NCBI GenBank assembly: GCA_963706595.1 | Contig: OY970166.1 | Coordinates: 5,056,001-5,120,000 of the forward strand | Length of the DNA: 64,000 bases | Source of the DNA: an uncultured cyanobacterium | Lineage (GTDB): Bacteria > Cyanobacteriota > Cyanobacteriia > Cyanobacteriales > Nostocaceae | Direction of reading: 5' to 3' | Part shown: piece after piece, positions 31,543-43,426 of the stretch | How positions within the stretch are numbered: position 1 is the stretch's first letter | How the letters are laid out: every line of letters begins with the position of its first letter | Position numbers and translations under genes: made by a program | The notes under the pieces: generated by a model | Told to the model about the DNA's origin: nothing | Database searches by the model: none | What the model saw: the letters and a program-made list of their open reading frames with translations, nothing else

Positions 31543-32279
31543 TAGTCATCATTCTCCAACTCATATTCAATTTCTACATCTGCTGATTTAAGAGCAAGTA
31601 AGTCATCAACTCTAGCTTCAGGGTTAGCACTTAAGTATCCTTTCACTAAGTCCTGTATAAGTTCTTTGGGGTCTACACTTAGCTGAGTATAAAGGGCTTG
31701 AAGGGTAACTTCATTTTCATTCTTATCTCTCAAATCTTTTTTAGTTTTCAAGGTAGCATTGATTTGAGCTTGATGAATCTGAATAACTTTAGATAAATCA
31801 GTGATAGCTTTACTAAGACCATTGATATTATTAGTAATTACCTCTACTTCTCTAGCAGAAGAATCAGTTGCAGAAGTAGATAATTGTACTGCTGCTTCAT
31901 ACCTATCCATTAATTCTGTTTGATGATCAATGAGGCGACTTAGCATAGCATCAGATAACATAATGCTATTGTCTAGTAAAGTTTCTTTAGAGTAATCTGT
32001 AGCTAATAATTCTTTTCTTTCTTTAGCAGATAGTGATTTAATTGCTTTCATATCATTTTGTTTAACTAGTTTAGAGTGTAGACCATGAGTGATTCTAGCC
32101 TTAGCTGCTTTACCCCCATGAGATGCACAACATTGGTAACCAATCATTACTTTATTTTTACATTGGGTGCCATCTCTTTTAATAACAGGACACCTTTGAG
32201 GTTCAGGTCTTCTACCTGACTTATACCTATGTTTGTAAACTGCACTGTCTACATAGCTAGGTTTATTTTCTTGAGACAT
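31542..32279 (-). CDS. Probable terminase small subunit (HGGxSTG-like Zn motif)
   Basis: CPVIKRDGTQCKN...CCASHGG...THGLHSK; stop overlaps the terL start. Confidence 0.7.
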   Translation of the reverse strand: MSQENKPSYVDSAVYKHRYKSGRRPEPQRCPVIKRDGTQCKNKVMIGYQCCASHGGKAAKARITHGLHSKLVKQNDMKAIKSLSAKERKELLATDYSKETLLDNSIMLSDAMLSRLIDHQTELMDRYEAAVQLSTSATDSSAREVEVITNNINGLSKAITDLSKVIQIHQAQINATLKTKKDLRDKNENEVTLQALYTQLSVDPKELIQDLVKGYLSANPEARVDDLLALKSADVEIEYELENDD

Positions 32280-32360
32280 TTATATAGATATATTTTATAA
32301 AAGTACCAGCAGACATAATCTACTGATACTTTATTTTAGCTGATATTAAGTGTGTAATAA

Positions 32361-32741
32361 TTATTTAGAAACTAGAGTTTTAATAATTTTCACATCAGTT
32401 TCAATTTCAGATAACTTATTAATGATTTCAGCTTTATTACTTCTAGATTCAAAATCTATTTGAGTAAGAAGTTTAGTAGTATCTTTAGTAGTTTCAGAAA
32501 AGGTTTTAACTGCCTCAGTCTGAGAAACTAAATAATGTTTAACAGATGACCATACTTCAACATTGATAAATTTAAAAAAGTATCTTGAACAGAAAGCAGT
32601 AACTCCACCAACTGTAACTAAGGTAAGTAGTATTGCTAAAGGAGCGCTAGTAATTGTGTCCTTAGTAGTAAAGTAAGCATCTCTCTGAATGTCAACAGGA
32701 ACTGATACCTGTGCTTGTTGTTTATTAAAATTATTATCCAT
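32361..32741 (-). CDS. Single-TM coiled-coil protein, possible holin
   Basis: One TM segment; located between fibre and terminase. Confidence 0.4.
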   Translation of the reverse strand: MDNNFNKQQAQVSVPVDIQRDAYFTTKDTITSAPLAILLTLVTVGGVTAFCSRYFFKFINVEVWSSVKHYLVSQTEAVKTFSETTKDTTKLLTQIDFESRSNKAEIINKLSEIETDVKIIKTLVSK

Positions 32742-32755
32742 CTTTAAACCTATTA

Positions 32756-34309
32756 TTAAGGTGCAATCTCCATAAGTGTTACAGAAGAATATCCTTGGTT
32801 ATAAGAATTAACTAATTTGTTTATCCAAATATTTGTAATACTAGAAGCACCAAGAAAAATACCATATTCAACAAATGAAGTAGTACCAGGACTATCTAAA
32901 ATATCATAAGTAATACTATTTGAGGCAATAGTAGCATCAATAGGAGTGAATCTAGTTGTTTGTAAAGTGCTACTAGTTGGGCTCATTCTTCTTAATTCCA
33001 CAATTATAACTGTACCACTTTGAACACTAAGCCCACCTAAGGAAAGTCTTATTAATATTTTGCTATTAACATTAGAAGGTTGGATAATTGTTTGTGGAAA
33101 ACCTAAGTACCCAGGGGTAGTTCCAGCTTGAGCTTGAATTTCATTACCACTACCTACTGTTACTACTTGTAATACCTTACCTCCACCACCACCTCCACTA
33201 GCAGCCGCTTGAGGTTCCCACCTGCTATTAGCAGAACTGTAAACTAATACTTGACCATCAGTAGGAGCAGCAGTATGTACATTGACTCCTCTAAGTTTGT
33301 CTGCATTCCATTGTGCAGTACCATTACCAACTTGAGCAGCAGTAACAGAGTGAGGGTTATTAGTTGCAGTTACGTGACCAGTAACAGTTGTATTTGAAGA
33401 TGCACTAGTCAATCTACCATCAGCACTAACAGTTATGTTAGCAGCGTTATAAGCTCCAGCAGTGACTCCTGAATTTCCTATTGAGGGATTAGGATATGTG
33501 CCAGTTAATGAACCTCCTGCTGATCCTGTAGGGTTTCTAGAATCAGTTAATCTAGAGTCTGAAGTATTAACTTTACCAGCTAAGAAAGTGTCTAGTTGTA
33601 GAGTGGTATAAATTTCAGAAACATCAGCTTTATCATTTAGCAAAGCATCTGTTTCTGTTTTCAAATAGTAATCAGTTAAATCAACAGAACCGCCAGCCCC
33701 AGTCTCATCAACTGCATATTCTAAAGATTGACTAGTGGAGTTATATTTTAAAACTTTACCATCCCCTATAGCAGAGTCATCTACAGCTACACCTTTAATG
33801 CGATCGCTATTCCATTGTGCAGTATCTTTACCTACCTGTGTAGCTGTTACTGAGTGAGGATTAGAAGTGCTAGCAATGTGAGCAGAAGTAGTAGACTCAT
33901 TTGCTTTACCAGTTAATAAGTTATCTACCTCAGTTTTAAGATAGTAAACAGTTAAGTCTGGACTATCAGGAATTAAGTTATCTACTTCAGTTTTAGTGTA
34001 GTAACTGGTTAAATTAGAAATATCAACTTTATCAGTTAATAAAGCATCAACTTCAGTTTGTGAATAATAAGGAATCTCTTCTGAACCTGAACCAACACTT
34101 CCTTGAGCAAGTAAGTCCCAATCTAAAGCAGTCAAGCTGGGTTCTTCACTTGTAGTCTTGTTAGCTCTATAAGATGAGCCATCATAGAAGACTCCTTGGT
34201 TGCGTCTGTATATCCTGCTAGTGACCCAATCTCCTACCCATACTACAGAAATACCATTGACAGTAGGGATAGGGCTAGAAGAAGTAGCTGGGTTAATTTC
34301 TATTGCCAT
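32756..34309 (-). CDS. Tail fibre / receptor-binding protein
   Basis: YY.KTEVD.LL repeats, duplicated [32 protein letters not shown]...WEP, poly-Gly hinge, GKVLQVV C-terminal domain. Confidence 0.8.
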   Translation of the reverse strand: MAIEINPATSSSPIPTVNGISVVWVGDWVTSRIYRRNQGVFYDGSSYRANKTTSEEPSLTALDWDLLAQGSVGSGSEEIPYYSQTEVDALLTDKVDISNLTSYYTKTEVDNLIPDSPDLTVYYLKTEVDNLLTGKANESTTSAHIASTSNPHSVTATQVGKDTAQWNSDRIKGVAVDDSAIGDGKVLKYNSTSQSLEYAVDETGAGGSVDLTDYYLKTETDALLNDKADVSEIYTTLQLDTFLAGKVNTSDSRLTDSRNPTGSAGGSLTGTYPNPSIGNSGVTAGAYNAANITVSADGRLTSASSNTTVTGHVTATNNPHSVTAAQVGNGTAQWNADKLRGVNVHTAAPTDGQVLVYSSANSRWEPQAAASGGGGGGKVLQVVTVGSGNEIQAQAGTTPGYLGFPQTIIQPSNVNSKILIRLSLGGLSVQSGTVIIVELRRMSPTSSTLQTTRFTPIDATIASNSITYDILDSPGTTSFVEYGIFLGASSITNIWINKLVNSYNQGYSSVTLMEIAP

Positions 34310-34310
34310 A

Positions 34311-35693
34311 TTAATATCCTTTTAAAGTTCCTCTAATAAACAATTGAGTGTTAGCTTCAGTGCCAGTAATCTCAACTTTAATTACATTTGTATTAACTAA
34401 TGAATAGCTCTTAACAATAGCGTTATCAGTAGCTATCTCTCCTACTGGTTCCCAAGTAGTACCTGCTAATTCTTTTAGAACAAAGCTGACATTAGCACTA
34501 GCAACAAGTTCAATATCTAATCTCTTGTAATTCTTAGTATCAATGAACCCACCAATATAAGTCTGTACTTCAACTACAGTAGGTATACCAAAATAATCAT
34601 TATCTAAATCTAATTGGAATACAGGCACAGTGTCTTCTAATTCTGTTTGGTGATCAACTAGGTAGGATATAGTAAACTGTCCTGCTGAAGTCCATGCACC
34701 ATTAGTAGCAGTTTTCTCTATGAGTGCAGCTTTATCTTCTAATACATAAGCCCTATCAACTTGTCTTAATTCAATAGAAGATAGTTTTCTTTGATTAACA
34801 ACAGATAAGTCTCTATCTTCTTGTCTAGCAATTTCTGCTAAACTTTTATTTTTCTCAGCTTCAATTAAAACTAATCTTTCTGCTAAAGTTAATTGACCTG
34901 AGACATTACCTCCTTCAGTTTGACTAGCAGTAATAGTTAGTCTTTCCTTCCAGAACTCTTCAGCAGTAATCTCATTTAAGATTCTAATTCTCAGATAAGC
35001 AAGAATTAAAGTTTCATAATTAGTTTTACAGAGAGTAGTTAGGGTTCTATCCTTTGTGATATCTAAACCAGCAGCAGTTTGTAATTTAGTAACGGGATCA
35101 GATACTAGGAAGAATTTAACACCAGCAGCTATAGTGTTGAAAGCATCAGCATGATTAGCTGTAATAAGAGTAAGGTCATCAACATAGGATTCAGCACCCT
35201 TAGCTTGAGTATTATTAATTAACTCTAGTACAGGATTGCCTGTGCCAACGTTTCTCTCAGCTACAGTGAACATTTCTATTCTCTGCCCTGGAGTATTACC
35301 AACTAACCTTATCCTGGTAGAGTCATCAAAAGCAGTAACATCTGTATTAAAGGTAGCGTTAGCATTTATTAAAGTAGTGAGGTTTGAAGTTACATTAGCA
35401 ATGGTGGCATCAGTAGCATCAAAGGAAACACTAACGTTTTTATAAGTGAGAGAAAATCTATTACCTGTAGTTACTTGGCTAGGGTTTAAATAGATTATTT
35501 GAGAAGTAGCAGGGACAGTAGTTGTACTAGGTATAGGTCCAATATCAACTAAACCTTTAGAAACTAAATCTGTGATAGCAGCAAATGTAGTTTTCTTAAG
35601 AGTATCATCATCATACTGTACCCCATAGATATCTGCTATCTGAGGTTTCAAGTAAGCACTTTCAAATAAATCCCAATTAATTGATGTAGGCAT
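34311..35693 (-). CDS. Putative virion structural protein
   Basis: 460 aa in the tightly packed late operon; central coiled coil. Confidence 0.55.
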   Translation of the reverse strand: MPTSINWDLFESAYLKPQIADIYGVQYDDDTLKKTTFAAITDLVSKGLVDIGPIPSTTTVPATSQIIYLNPSQVTTGNRFSLTYKNVSVSFDATDATIANVTSNLTTLINANATFNTDVTAFDDSTRIRLVGNTPGQRIEMFTVAERNVGTGNPVLELINNTQAKGAESYVDDLTLITANHADAFNTIAAGVKFFLVSDPVTKLQTAAGLDITKDRTLTTLCKTNYETLILAYLRIRILNEITAEEFWKERLTITASQTEGGNVSGQLTLAERLVLIEAEKNKSLAEIARQEDRDLSVVNQRKLSSIELRQVDRAYVLEDKAALIEKTATNGAWTSAGQFTISYLVDHQTELEDTVPVFQLDLDNDYFGIPTVVEVQTYIGGFIDTKNYKRLDIELVASANVSFVLKELAGTTWEPVGEIATDNAIVKSYSLVNTNVIKVEITGTEANTQLFIRGTLKGY

Positions 35694-35696
35694 AAA

Positions 35697-36584
35697 TTAT
35701 GTTTTTAAAATACTATTTATAGAAAGAATTGGTTTGTAACCAACGTTAGTAAAATCAAGAGCTAAAATGGCTTGTATTGTATTGTTTAAGAAATCAGGCT
35801 TTGCTAATATTTTAAGCTGACTTGATAGTATAAAACTGTTCAACTCATTAAAAGCAGCTATTTGTTTTGATTTTATTTTTTGTAAGACAATCTTCTTTTC
35901 TAAAAAAACTTCATTATCTTTACCTTGTATTGCACGTTCACTTTGTTCTTCAATAGTAAAGAAGTTTGTAGGTATCTTTCTTTGCACATAAACTTCTTTG
36001 TAGAAGCCATCAGTAAATATCTCTGGGGCTAAAAGTCCTGCTGTATAAGCATATTCAAATTGCTTAGTTTGGGAACTAGAAAAGTCACTAATCTTTTTAG
36101 TTTTAGTAGGTTTCTGAAATGTTAATTCTATATTGCCTACAAAGAACCTTCTATTTTGTATGATTTCTGTATCCCCTATTCTATAAGGGTTGAACCTTTG
36201 TTCTAGTAACCAGTCTCTATTATAAATAAATCTTAACTCTTCCCTTTCTTCTGAAGTAGGTGAATAGTCTATACCTTTAATATTATTAGGTAGAGGTACA
36301 AAAGGTTGATTTCTTAAATAGGTAGCTAATGAATCCCAAAAGGAAGGATCTTCAGTTAACTTAGTTAATAGATTGCTAATATAATTAACAACTAAAGCCT
36401 GTCTATAATTGTACCCTGCTATACCCAAGTAAGCTAAATTATTTCTAAATAATAAGAAGGCAGCTTCTCTTCTTTGAAAGATAGGAGATAGTTCATCTAC
36501 CTCCCCAAACATTATATTAAATAGCTCATCAGATACTTCTTCATCTAAAATGATATTTAAAAAGCCATCATTTAAAGTAGTCAT
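35697..36584 (-). CDS. Putative virion protein
   Basis: 295 aa, 3-bp spacing within the late operon. Confidence 0.5.
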   Translation of the reverse strand: MTTLNDGFLNIILDEEVSDELFNIMFGEVDELSPIFQRREAAFLLFRNNLAYLGIAGYNYRQALVVNYISNLLTKLTEDPSFWDSLATYLRNQPFVPLPNNIKGIDYSPTSEEREELRFIYNRDWLLEQRFNPYRIGDTEIIQNRRFFVGNIELTFQKPTKTKKISDFSSSQTKQFEYAYTAGLLAPEIFTDGFYKEVYVQRKIPTNFFTIEEQSERAIQGKDNEVFLEKKIVLQKIKSKQIAAFNELNSFILSSQLKILAKPDFLNNTIQAILALDFTNVGYKPILSINSILKT

Positions 36585-36587
36585 ATT

Positions 36588-37157
36588 TCAAATAAAGTTA
36601 AAATCAAAAGTCCCACCCACAGAAGAAATATTTATATCTGTAGCTTGTACACTGGATAATTGAATTACTAATACTCCTTCTTCTAAAATACTATTCTGTG
36701 CTACTTTAAATAACTGCCTATTGTTTTTCAAATCAAGGAAGGGTATATCAAATCTTAATTCATAAGAGTTAAGCTGGTTACCATCAGGCACTTGAGGATA
36801 CCAATAGTAAGGTATAGGGGTAATGAGTAGAACGTCAGCAGGGTTAGTATTTAATACTCCAGTAGGAAGAGTAGGTAATTCTATTCCTGGACTAATCTGA
36901 GGTCTTTTAATACTCTCTAGTAAGTATCCAGGTAAAGCCCAAGCCCTTTGAGTTTTCTCAACAATAAAAGGTCCTGAGTCTCCATTTTGTACTTCTCTAA
37001 ATCTAACTGCATAATCATCAATAAAATAATTAACTGATGATTTTATATTGCCTGAATAGTCAACTGCTAATATTCCACTAAACTGAGAGACTAAATGAGA
37101 TAATGAATTTCTTCTAGCCATTAACTCATAATGCTCAATTCCTGTAATAAGACTCAT
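36588..37157 (-). CDS. Putative virion protein
   Basis: 189 aa, ATGA overlap with the upstream gene. Confidence 0.5.
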   Translation of the reverse strand: MSLITGIEHYELMARRNSLSHLVSQFSGILAVDYSGNIKSSVNYFIDDYAVRFREVQNGDSGPFIVEKTQRAWALPGYLLESIKRPQISPGIELPTLPTGVLNTNPADVLLITPIPYYWYPQVPDGNQLNSYELRFDIPFLDLKNNRQLFKVAQNSILEEGVLVIQLSSVQATDINISSVGGTFDFNFI

Positions 37158-39418
37158 AATGTTATACCTGATATGTCTACAAGTTGTTGAAGTACAGCTA
37201 TATCTACATCTACTCTGCTAGCTCCACCTCCTGATAAGAACCACAGTTGTCCAGCACCAGTATTAGTTTCTATACTAAAGGCACCAGATGAGTTTATTCC
37301 ATAAGTACCAATACCAGCAGATACAGGTCTACCCCTACTATCTAGAGGAACAAAAGTAGTTAAGCTATCTACATTTAAAATAGAGTTTGTATAGTTTTGA
37401 TAATTTCTAACATTGAGGTTTCTTCCTTCCCACTTCCAAAACTTTAGACAAGTGCTTTTACAGTAATCTATTAACTCTACTAAAAAGTTACTAATAGCTA
37501 ATTCATAATAATGCTGTATAGGACTTATACCTCTAATAGCCGCAGCTTGTTCAATTGAAGGCAAGTCACTAATAGCAGGCAAAGAAATAAGTTTGTTAGT
37601 TAAATAATCTTCTGTGTAATTAAAATCTAAAGGAACATCTCTTACAGTTGAACTGCTAAGTTTTATTTTACTTTCTAATAAAATAGAACTGAAAGGTAAT
37701 GTATAAGGCATCAGCTTCCACTTGTCAACATTAGTATAAGTATTAGGGATTGACTGATATACATCTTTAGCTATTTCATCTGAGAAGCTTACCCCACCAA
37801 TTAGAAAGTCTTCTGGTGAATTATTTGTCCAGTAGCTATCAGAGAAGTTTGGAACATAAGGACCAGTTGTATTACTAGATAAATTAGTAATTGTTTTTCT
37901 GGTGGTTCCGTTTACTACCACATAGCTTACTAAATAAGTAGTTGGGTTATTTGCCTGATTAAAGTTAGAACGTATTTCTAAATTAGTAATTTGATTAAAG
38001 CTTAACTTTTCACAAAATAAGCTACCACCTAAATTAACAGGACTGGCAGGATTAGTTATATCAAGTAGCTCTCCAATTAATTTACCTGGAAATGGATTAC
38101 CAGTAACTTTAAATAAAGCATTGTTATTATATGCAGGAGGAACAAAATGTCTTCCACCAGCATTAGGAGTAATAACATTACCTGTAGGATTAAAAGCAGT
38201 AAAGTTATAAATAGGTCTAGAATTTGATGCACTTACTCCCCCATGAGTAACACGAATCCTGGCAGGAAAAGGTACACCATTTCTAGTTAAAGTTAATAAT
38301 AATTCTCCATTAGGTATTTGTAATCCTTTTGTAATAGGAGAAAAATCTACTTGATAGGCAGCATTACCTGGGGTGTTACTATTGCTTGAAGGGATAAATG
38401 AGTCAACTATACAATCTTGAGTAAAATAAGAACCAGCACTTTGAATATTATCAACATTAGCAATACTATTAGTAGGTATGATTCCTCTAAATAAAGTACC
38501 TCTGTTTAGTGCGTTTATAGAAGTTGAAAAAAGTTGATAGTAAACATTAGGGTTGTCAAATTGTGCTTGAGTGGGTGTGCCACTAAAATATTTTCTAAAG
38601 TAGCTAATAGTTACTGGATCACCAAAGAACTGTGGTTGATCATATCTATGAGTAGAAGTAAAGTTTGTACCATCATAACTAGCTCTTAAGGTAAAGTTAT
38701 TATAATCAAACCAGTTAGCAACAAGAGGTGTAGTAGGTACTGGAATCTTTACATTAGTAATATCTACATTAGTTTTAAAATCTAATTGGCAGGTTATAGG
38801 TCCACCTGACATTCTAGCTATTGCTCCATAAGGTGCACTTAAACGGTTTGTAGCTAAATCAATTTCATTTCTTATATCAGGGAAATAATCAAAAACATCT
38901 ACACCTGTTAAATCATTTAAGCCAAATACTATTTCTTCTAACTGTTCACCATTTCTAAAAGAAGGAATGCCTGTAGTAAATGCTCCTGTTAATTCTCTAT
39001 TTGATATACTTGCAGTACCAGAACTGGATGTAAAGGTTACTGAATAATCATCAGGTGTAATACTTTTTATAGAGGTGGTAGTTCCACTAGCAAAGTTAAA
39101 ATAAGGTCTTTTAACCTGCCTAATAAACCCAAAGTAAGTTCTGTATGCAGCAGCCCATAGTCTCATTAAACCAAAAGGATTAATGTTATTCCTAACTAAT
39201 CCACCAGAAACCCACATATCAATTAAGCTATTAAAGTTGCTTGGGTTACCAGCTTGAGAAGATAAGCCTACAGAACATCCTGGTATGAATTGTGTGTTAG
39301 GAGGAGGATCACCAGGTCTACTTGTTAAGGCATTACCTTGAGTTAGTTCAAAGGTGCTGCTATTAGGATATCTCTTAATGAATTGAATAACTTTATTCTT
39401 ATGTAGCGGATTTGCCAT
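37154..39418 (-). CDS. Large N/T/P/S-rich putative virion (tail/spike) protein
   Basis: 754 aa directly after the capsid gene; beta-rich composition. Confidence 0.55.
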   Translation of the reverse strand: MANPLHKNKVIQFIKRYPNSSTFELTQGNALTSRPGDPPPNTQFIPGCSVGLSSQAGNPSNFNSLIDMWVSGGLVRNNINPFGLMRLWAAAYRTYFGFIRQVKRPYFNFASGTTTSIKSITPDDYSVTFTSSSGTASISNRELTGAFTTGIPSFRNGEQLEEIVFGLNDLTGVDVFDYFPDIRNEIDLATNRLSAPYGAIARMSGGPITCQLDFKTNVDITNVKIPVPTTPLVANWFDYNNFTLRASYDGTNFTSTHRYDQPQFFGDPVTISYFRKYFSGTPTQAQFDNPNVYYQLFSTSINALNRGTLFRGIIPTNSIANVDNIQSAGSYFTQDCIVDSFIPSSNSNTPGNAAYQVDFSPITKGLQIPNGELLLTLTRNGVPFPARIRVTHGGVSASNSRPIYNFTAFNPTGNVITPNAGGRHFVPPAYNNNALFKVTGNPFPGKLIGELLDITNPASPVNLGGSLFCEKLSFNQITNLEIRSNFNQANNPTTYLVSYVVVNGTTRKTITNLSSNTTGPYVPNFSDSYWTNNSPEDFLIGGVSFSDEIAKDVYQSIPNTYTNVDKWKLMPYTLPFSSILLESKIKLSSSTVRDVPLDFNYTEDYLTNKLISLPAISDLPSIEQAAAIRGISPIQHYYELAISNFLVELIDYCKSTCLKFWKWEGRNLNVRNYQNYTNSILNVDSLTTFVPLDSRGRPVSAGIGTYGINSSGAFSIETNTGAGQLWFLSGGGASRVDVDIAVLQQLVDISGITL

Positions 39419-39428
39419 AATACTTTAA

Positions 39429-39446
39429 AGGGGGATTATACCCCCT
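39429..39446 (-). terminator. Hairpin after the capsid gene (attenuator/terminator)
   Basis: AGGGGG-TATAAT-CCCCCT then TT on the minus strand, 6 bp after the stop. Confidence 0.6.
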
Positions 39447-39452
39447 CACTAA

Positions 39453-40526
39453 TTAAAGGTTACTAGGTGCTGTGTAGGAAGTTGCTGTTAGTTGAAGGAC
39501 TGCACAAGCTCCACGGTGGTTAGGTGCATATCCCCAACCGTCTGTCATGATTGTGTTTTCTAAAGCAAAGTTAGACTTAACATCAACTTGTAAACCAGCC
39601 AAGCTAGAAATAGCAGGTATGCGGCTTAAGAAAGGAGTTCTGTTAGCTCCACCATCTACACCTACAGCAACTGCATAATTCAAAGGTACTACAGGTGTTT
39701 TGATAATAGGAACGTTAGAAATGAAACCTACCAAGCCTTCCCAAGGACTTAGTTGACGCATTCTTTCATTACTAGCACCACCACTTTGAATATCAAGTGA
39801 GCGTCCAATTTGATTTTCTGCTGGTACAAACTCAGGTAAAGCTTCTAAGCGGTACTCATAATCACTAACCCAGATTTCAATTTGTTTGAAACCATGATGT
39901 CTGATTTTGTCAATCAATTTGCTGCGTACATCAACAGCAGTAGGATTACCTGCACTAGCAACACCAGTGTAATGTTGTAGGTCACCTGCTACAAAGGTAT
40001 AACCATTTACACTAGGAGCAGCAACAGAGTCTGCATCATTGTAAAAAGGAATACTAGTAGTCTGGTACTTCTGAATACTGTCAATTACTACACGGTTGGT
40101 ATTAGTAAAGATAGCTTGACGTAACGCACTAAACCTAGCTTTTTGGAAAGAAGTAAGTTTGGCTTGTACATAAGAAGCTAGCTCTTCAGAGGTCATTAAC
40201 CTAACAGCTCTACTGCTCAAAGTAAGTGCAGTCATAAACTCTTCATAAGGAATTTCTTGCATGTAATCCCATACAGAAGTCCGTGAGGTAGGTCTAGCTG
40301 ATTCAGTTAGATTTTCTAAATCCTCTCCTTCATAACTTTTGATCAACTTTTGAGGAGTAGCAATTGTTTCTGTCAGAGGAGCAAAGAAACGTGCATTCAT
40401 GTCAGTGTAGTGCATGAAGTCAGAATCTAAGTCTCTGATGATACTAACAACAGACTGATTATCAATAGTGACTAGCTCAGTATCATTAGTAGAAAGTTCA
40501 CCAAAGAAAGTAGTATTGTATGCCAT
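39453..40526 (-). CDS. Probable major capsid protein (HK97-like)
   Basis: 357 aa after portal/scaffold/cement; ISNVPIIKTPVVP..YAV and GWGYAP..RGACAVLQL C-terminal pattern; followed by a hairpin. Confidence 0.7.
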   Translation of the reverse strand: MAYNTTFFGELSTNDTELVTIDNQSVVSIIRDLDSDFMHYTDMNARFFAPLTETIATPQKLIKSYEGEDLENLTESARPTSRTSVWDYMQEIPYEEFMTALTLSSRAVRLMTSEELASYVQAKLTSFQKARFSALRQAIFTNTNRVVIDSIQKYQTTSIPFYNDADSVAAPSVNGYTFVAGDLQHYTGVASAGNPTAVDVRSKLIDKIRHHGFKQIEIWVSDYEYRLEALPEFVPAENQIGRSLDIQSGGASNERMRQLSPWEGLVGFISNVPIIKTPVVPLNYAVAVGVDGGANRTPFLSRIPAISSLAGLQVDVKSNFALENTIMTDGWGYAPNHRGACAVLQLTATSYTAPSNL

Positions 40527-40551
40527 ATATTTTTATTTATGTATTTATTAA

Positions 40552-40917
40552 TTAAATAGAGATTTTAATTTTGTTAGCAGTCAGAGCAACACCAACTTTA
40601 TTGGTTCCTGTACCTGCAACAATACCAGCAGCACCAGCAAAGACAGCAGTGCCAGGTGTGAGAGCTAAGGAAGTACCTTTGTTTTCAACAATGCAATCTT
40701 GCTCTACAGCTAACATAGTGCCTGCTTTACGGGCATAACGTGCTACCCCAACAGGGATAGTAGAGGCAGTTGCTAAGATAGCTAAACCAGCAGAGTTAAT
40801 GGAAACTACTGAACCTTCAGGAATGTCTACTGCTGTAACTAAATTAACAATAGAACCCTCTAAATGAGAAGAGGCAATGAATCTGTATTTGACAACGTTG
40901 TAAGCTACATTTAACAT
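40552..40917 (-). CDS. Capsid cement/decoration protein
   Basis: Small Ala/Gly-rich: IPEGSVV...PVGVA...ALTPGTAVF...VGVAL. Confidence 0.65.
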   Translation of the reverse strand: MLNVAYNVVKYRFIASSHLEGSIVNLVTAVDIPEGSVVSINSAGLAILATASTIPVGVARYARKAGTMLAVEQDCIVENKGTSLALTPGTAVFAGAAGIVAGTGTNKVGVALTANKIKISI

Positions 40918-40943
40918 ATTTTTAAATTATAAGTAATTGATAT

Positions 40944-41336
40944 TTAATACCCACGCCAAGCTTTAACTTTGCGTTCTTCTTTAGTAGAAGTTTGTTGTAG
41001 TGGTACTCCAGGTTTGGTAACCACATCTTTAGTACCTGATGCTTTAGCTAATGCACCTTGTAAAGCAGCTTGAATCTTAGGTACTAAGTTTTCTTTTAAG
41101 TCTGTTTCTAGTGATAACTGTTTAGCTAAATAGTCTGCTTCTACTTCTTCTTGAGAAGAACCAGATGCTTTAATACCTAGCAGTTTAGCCATCCTTTGAA
41201 AGTCAGGTTTAGTTTTAGCTAATGCAGCTTCATAATCAATCTCAGGTGCATCAGGTGTAATAGCTTCTAAACCTAAATCTAGTTCACTTGTTTCTTCAAT
41301 GGGAGTTTGTTGTACTTCACTCATCTTCAGTTTCAA
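40944..41336 (-). CDS. Putative scaffolding protein
   Basis: Acidic helical protein with basic C-terminus between portal and capsid genes. Confidence 0.5.
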   Translation of the reverse strand: MKLKMSEVQQTPIEETSELDLGLEAITPDAPEIDYEAALAKTKPDFQRMAKLLGIKASGSSQEEVEADYLAKQLSLETDLKENLVPKIQAALQGALAKASGTKDVVTKPGVPLQQTSTKEERKVKAWRGY

Positions 41337-42745
41337 TATTATTTTCTATAGGGTCAATACTATCTTCTACAGGTTGAATAACTTTAGTGCCAGGGTTATT
41401 AATTGCCTTATCTGTAAAGATATTACCATCATCAGCATTAGCAGCATCCTTACTATCAACTAGGGCAGCACTGTATTGAATGTTAAGTCCTTTTTCTGCA
41501 TCTAGCTGTTCAAGTTCTTTGTCAGCTTCTGCTTCAGTTAGACCTTCAACTTGAATCAAGTATCTCTTTCTAGAAATAAGTTTATTCTTGACAGCTTCTA
41601 TTTGTAAACGCTTATCTTCTAAGTTTTCAGGCATCATGTCAGGCAGATCTACTCTAAAAGCTATGTCAATACCTAACTCTGAGAAAATAGTCTTAAGGGC
41701 TGAAAGAAGATAACTAGCTCTACTTAATGTAGCACGTTGTAGTGGCTCATACAACACACTAAGAGAAGATGAACTACTGGCTGATCTAGCATTCTGTAGT
41801 TCTAAGACCATGACTCCACAAAGACTATAAATATCTTGCAGAATGATTAGTCTCTGTCTTTCTAGATAAGGTGAATCTTGAGGTTGTAAATAACCAATGC
41901 GAGGAGTGATACCAAGTTCAGCCGCAGCATTACTAATAGGCAGGTGTAGAATACTAGCACCATCAGAAGTAAATGCTGTTTGAAAAGCTGATGAACCTGT
42001 AGCAGACTCTATACTCTCAAGAGGAGATGAATTAGAATCTACCAATAAATGTAGGTGCAGAAGTTCCAATTGTATAAACCTGTGGCTTGTGATGCTGTCC
42101 ATTTGTGTGGATGCGTGACCGGACTGCACAATACTCCAACTGTAAATGAATTAACCTTTCAATTGGAGATTGTGACTCTCTTCCAATGAGAGAATTTACA
42201 ACTCTTACAATAGGTATATGATCACCTAATTCTACTGGTTCAGCATTGCCTACTTTTTGAAAGTATCTGTATGCAGGTAAGTCAAATACATTTAACTCTG
42301 GGGATTCATTGGTGAGAGTTAAGTAATGCTCTACTCTTACATCAGTGTATGCATTTCTAACAGGGTCATAGACTTCTCTTTTCTCCCGCAGGTACACTAC
42401 TTGCATTGGGTTATTAGGGTCAACCTTAATTTCCTCAATGTCAAGCGTATGAATATGACGCAGCTTACCTTGAGAAACCTCAATGAAAGATTCACCAAAT
42501 ACAGGTACTTCCAAATAGACATCACTCAGGATTCTATAAAGATTAATCTCATTTAGTTTGTCATCTAATTGTTCTTGTTGCTCAGAATTGATAGCTAAGA
42601 ATTTAAGTTTTTTTTGATAGCCATCTCCCAATAAAAATCCTTTGATTTGCTCTACAACTAACTGAATTAGCTTGACTGGTAACTCTTGATTAGTAGCAGG
42701 GTTGATACCTTTGTAAGCATCAAACAATTCTTGTTTAGAACTCAT
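41317..42745 (-). CDS. Portal protein (SPP1-like), one extra base near 42048
   Basis: VEQIKGFLLG, IPIVRVVN..GRESQSPIE.LI.LQ, SSSSLSVLYEPL, ISRKRYL...AEADKELEQL; two ORFs join if one T of ACA-TTT-A is removed (~475 aa). Confidence 0.75.
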
Positions 42746-43280
42746 GTATATAAAGTTTCACTTATGTTTATTATATATCTTAATTATACAAGTAGAAAGT
42801 AGGATAAATAGGTTTTTGTATAGGGATACGTGTATGGTTTAAGGTATAGTGGCTACAGAGGGCTGGGTGAGGGGCATTCTACCCCCAGGGGGAGGTTTTA
42901 ATAAAGGTTACTCACCTCATACAACATACCCCTATTAGTCTACTTATTAAATAGGTATCAGTGTTCCTTTAAAGAAGTGCTACATTACTTTTATAATAAG
43001 TATAATGACTACTGGCTTAACAGATAGTAGTGAGTAAGTCTTACTATGTAGTGGTGTACTCCCTAAGTCTACTCAGTACAGTAGTATATGTATAGTATCA
43101 TATATACTTAGTTGTCTATTAGTTAAGCTTGACACTTCAGTAAGGATGAGTAGTATTCACTATATATAATATGTAATAGTTATCTTACAATCATCCATTA
43201 GAGTAATAGTTAGTAACTGTTCTTATATGCTTAAGTAAGTATATAGTATAGTTGTACTAACTGTATAGAGTACATACATA

Positions 43281-43426
43281 GTGTGTGTATATGTCTACTA
43301 CTATTGCTATGTGCATAGTGTGTACTGTTACTGTAGGTACTACTGTTGGTGTGTGTATATGTCTACTACTATTGCTATGTGCATAGTGTGTACTGTTACT
43401 GTAGGTACTACTGTTGGTGTGTGTAT
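43281..43426. repeat. Perfect 68-bp tandem duplication plus 10 bp
   Basis: Units start at 43281, 43349 and 43417 (GTGTGTGTATATGTCTACTACT...). Confidence 0.92.
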
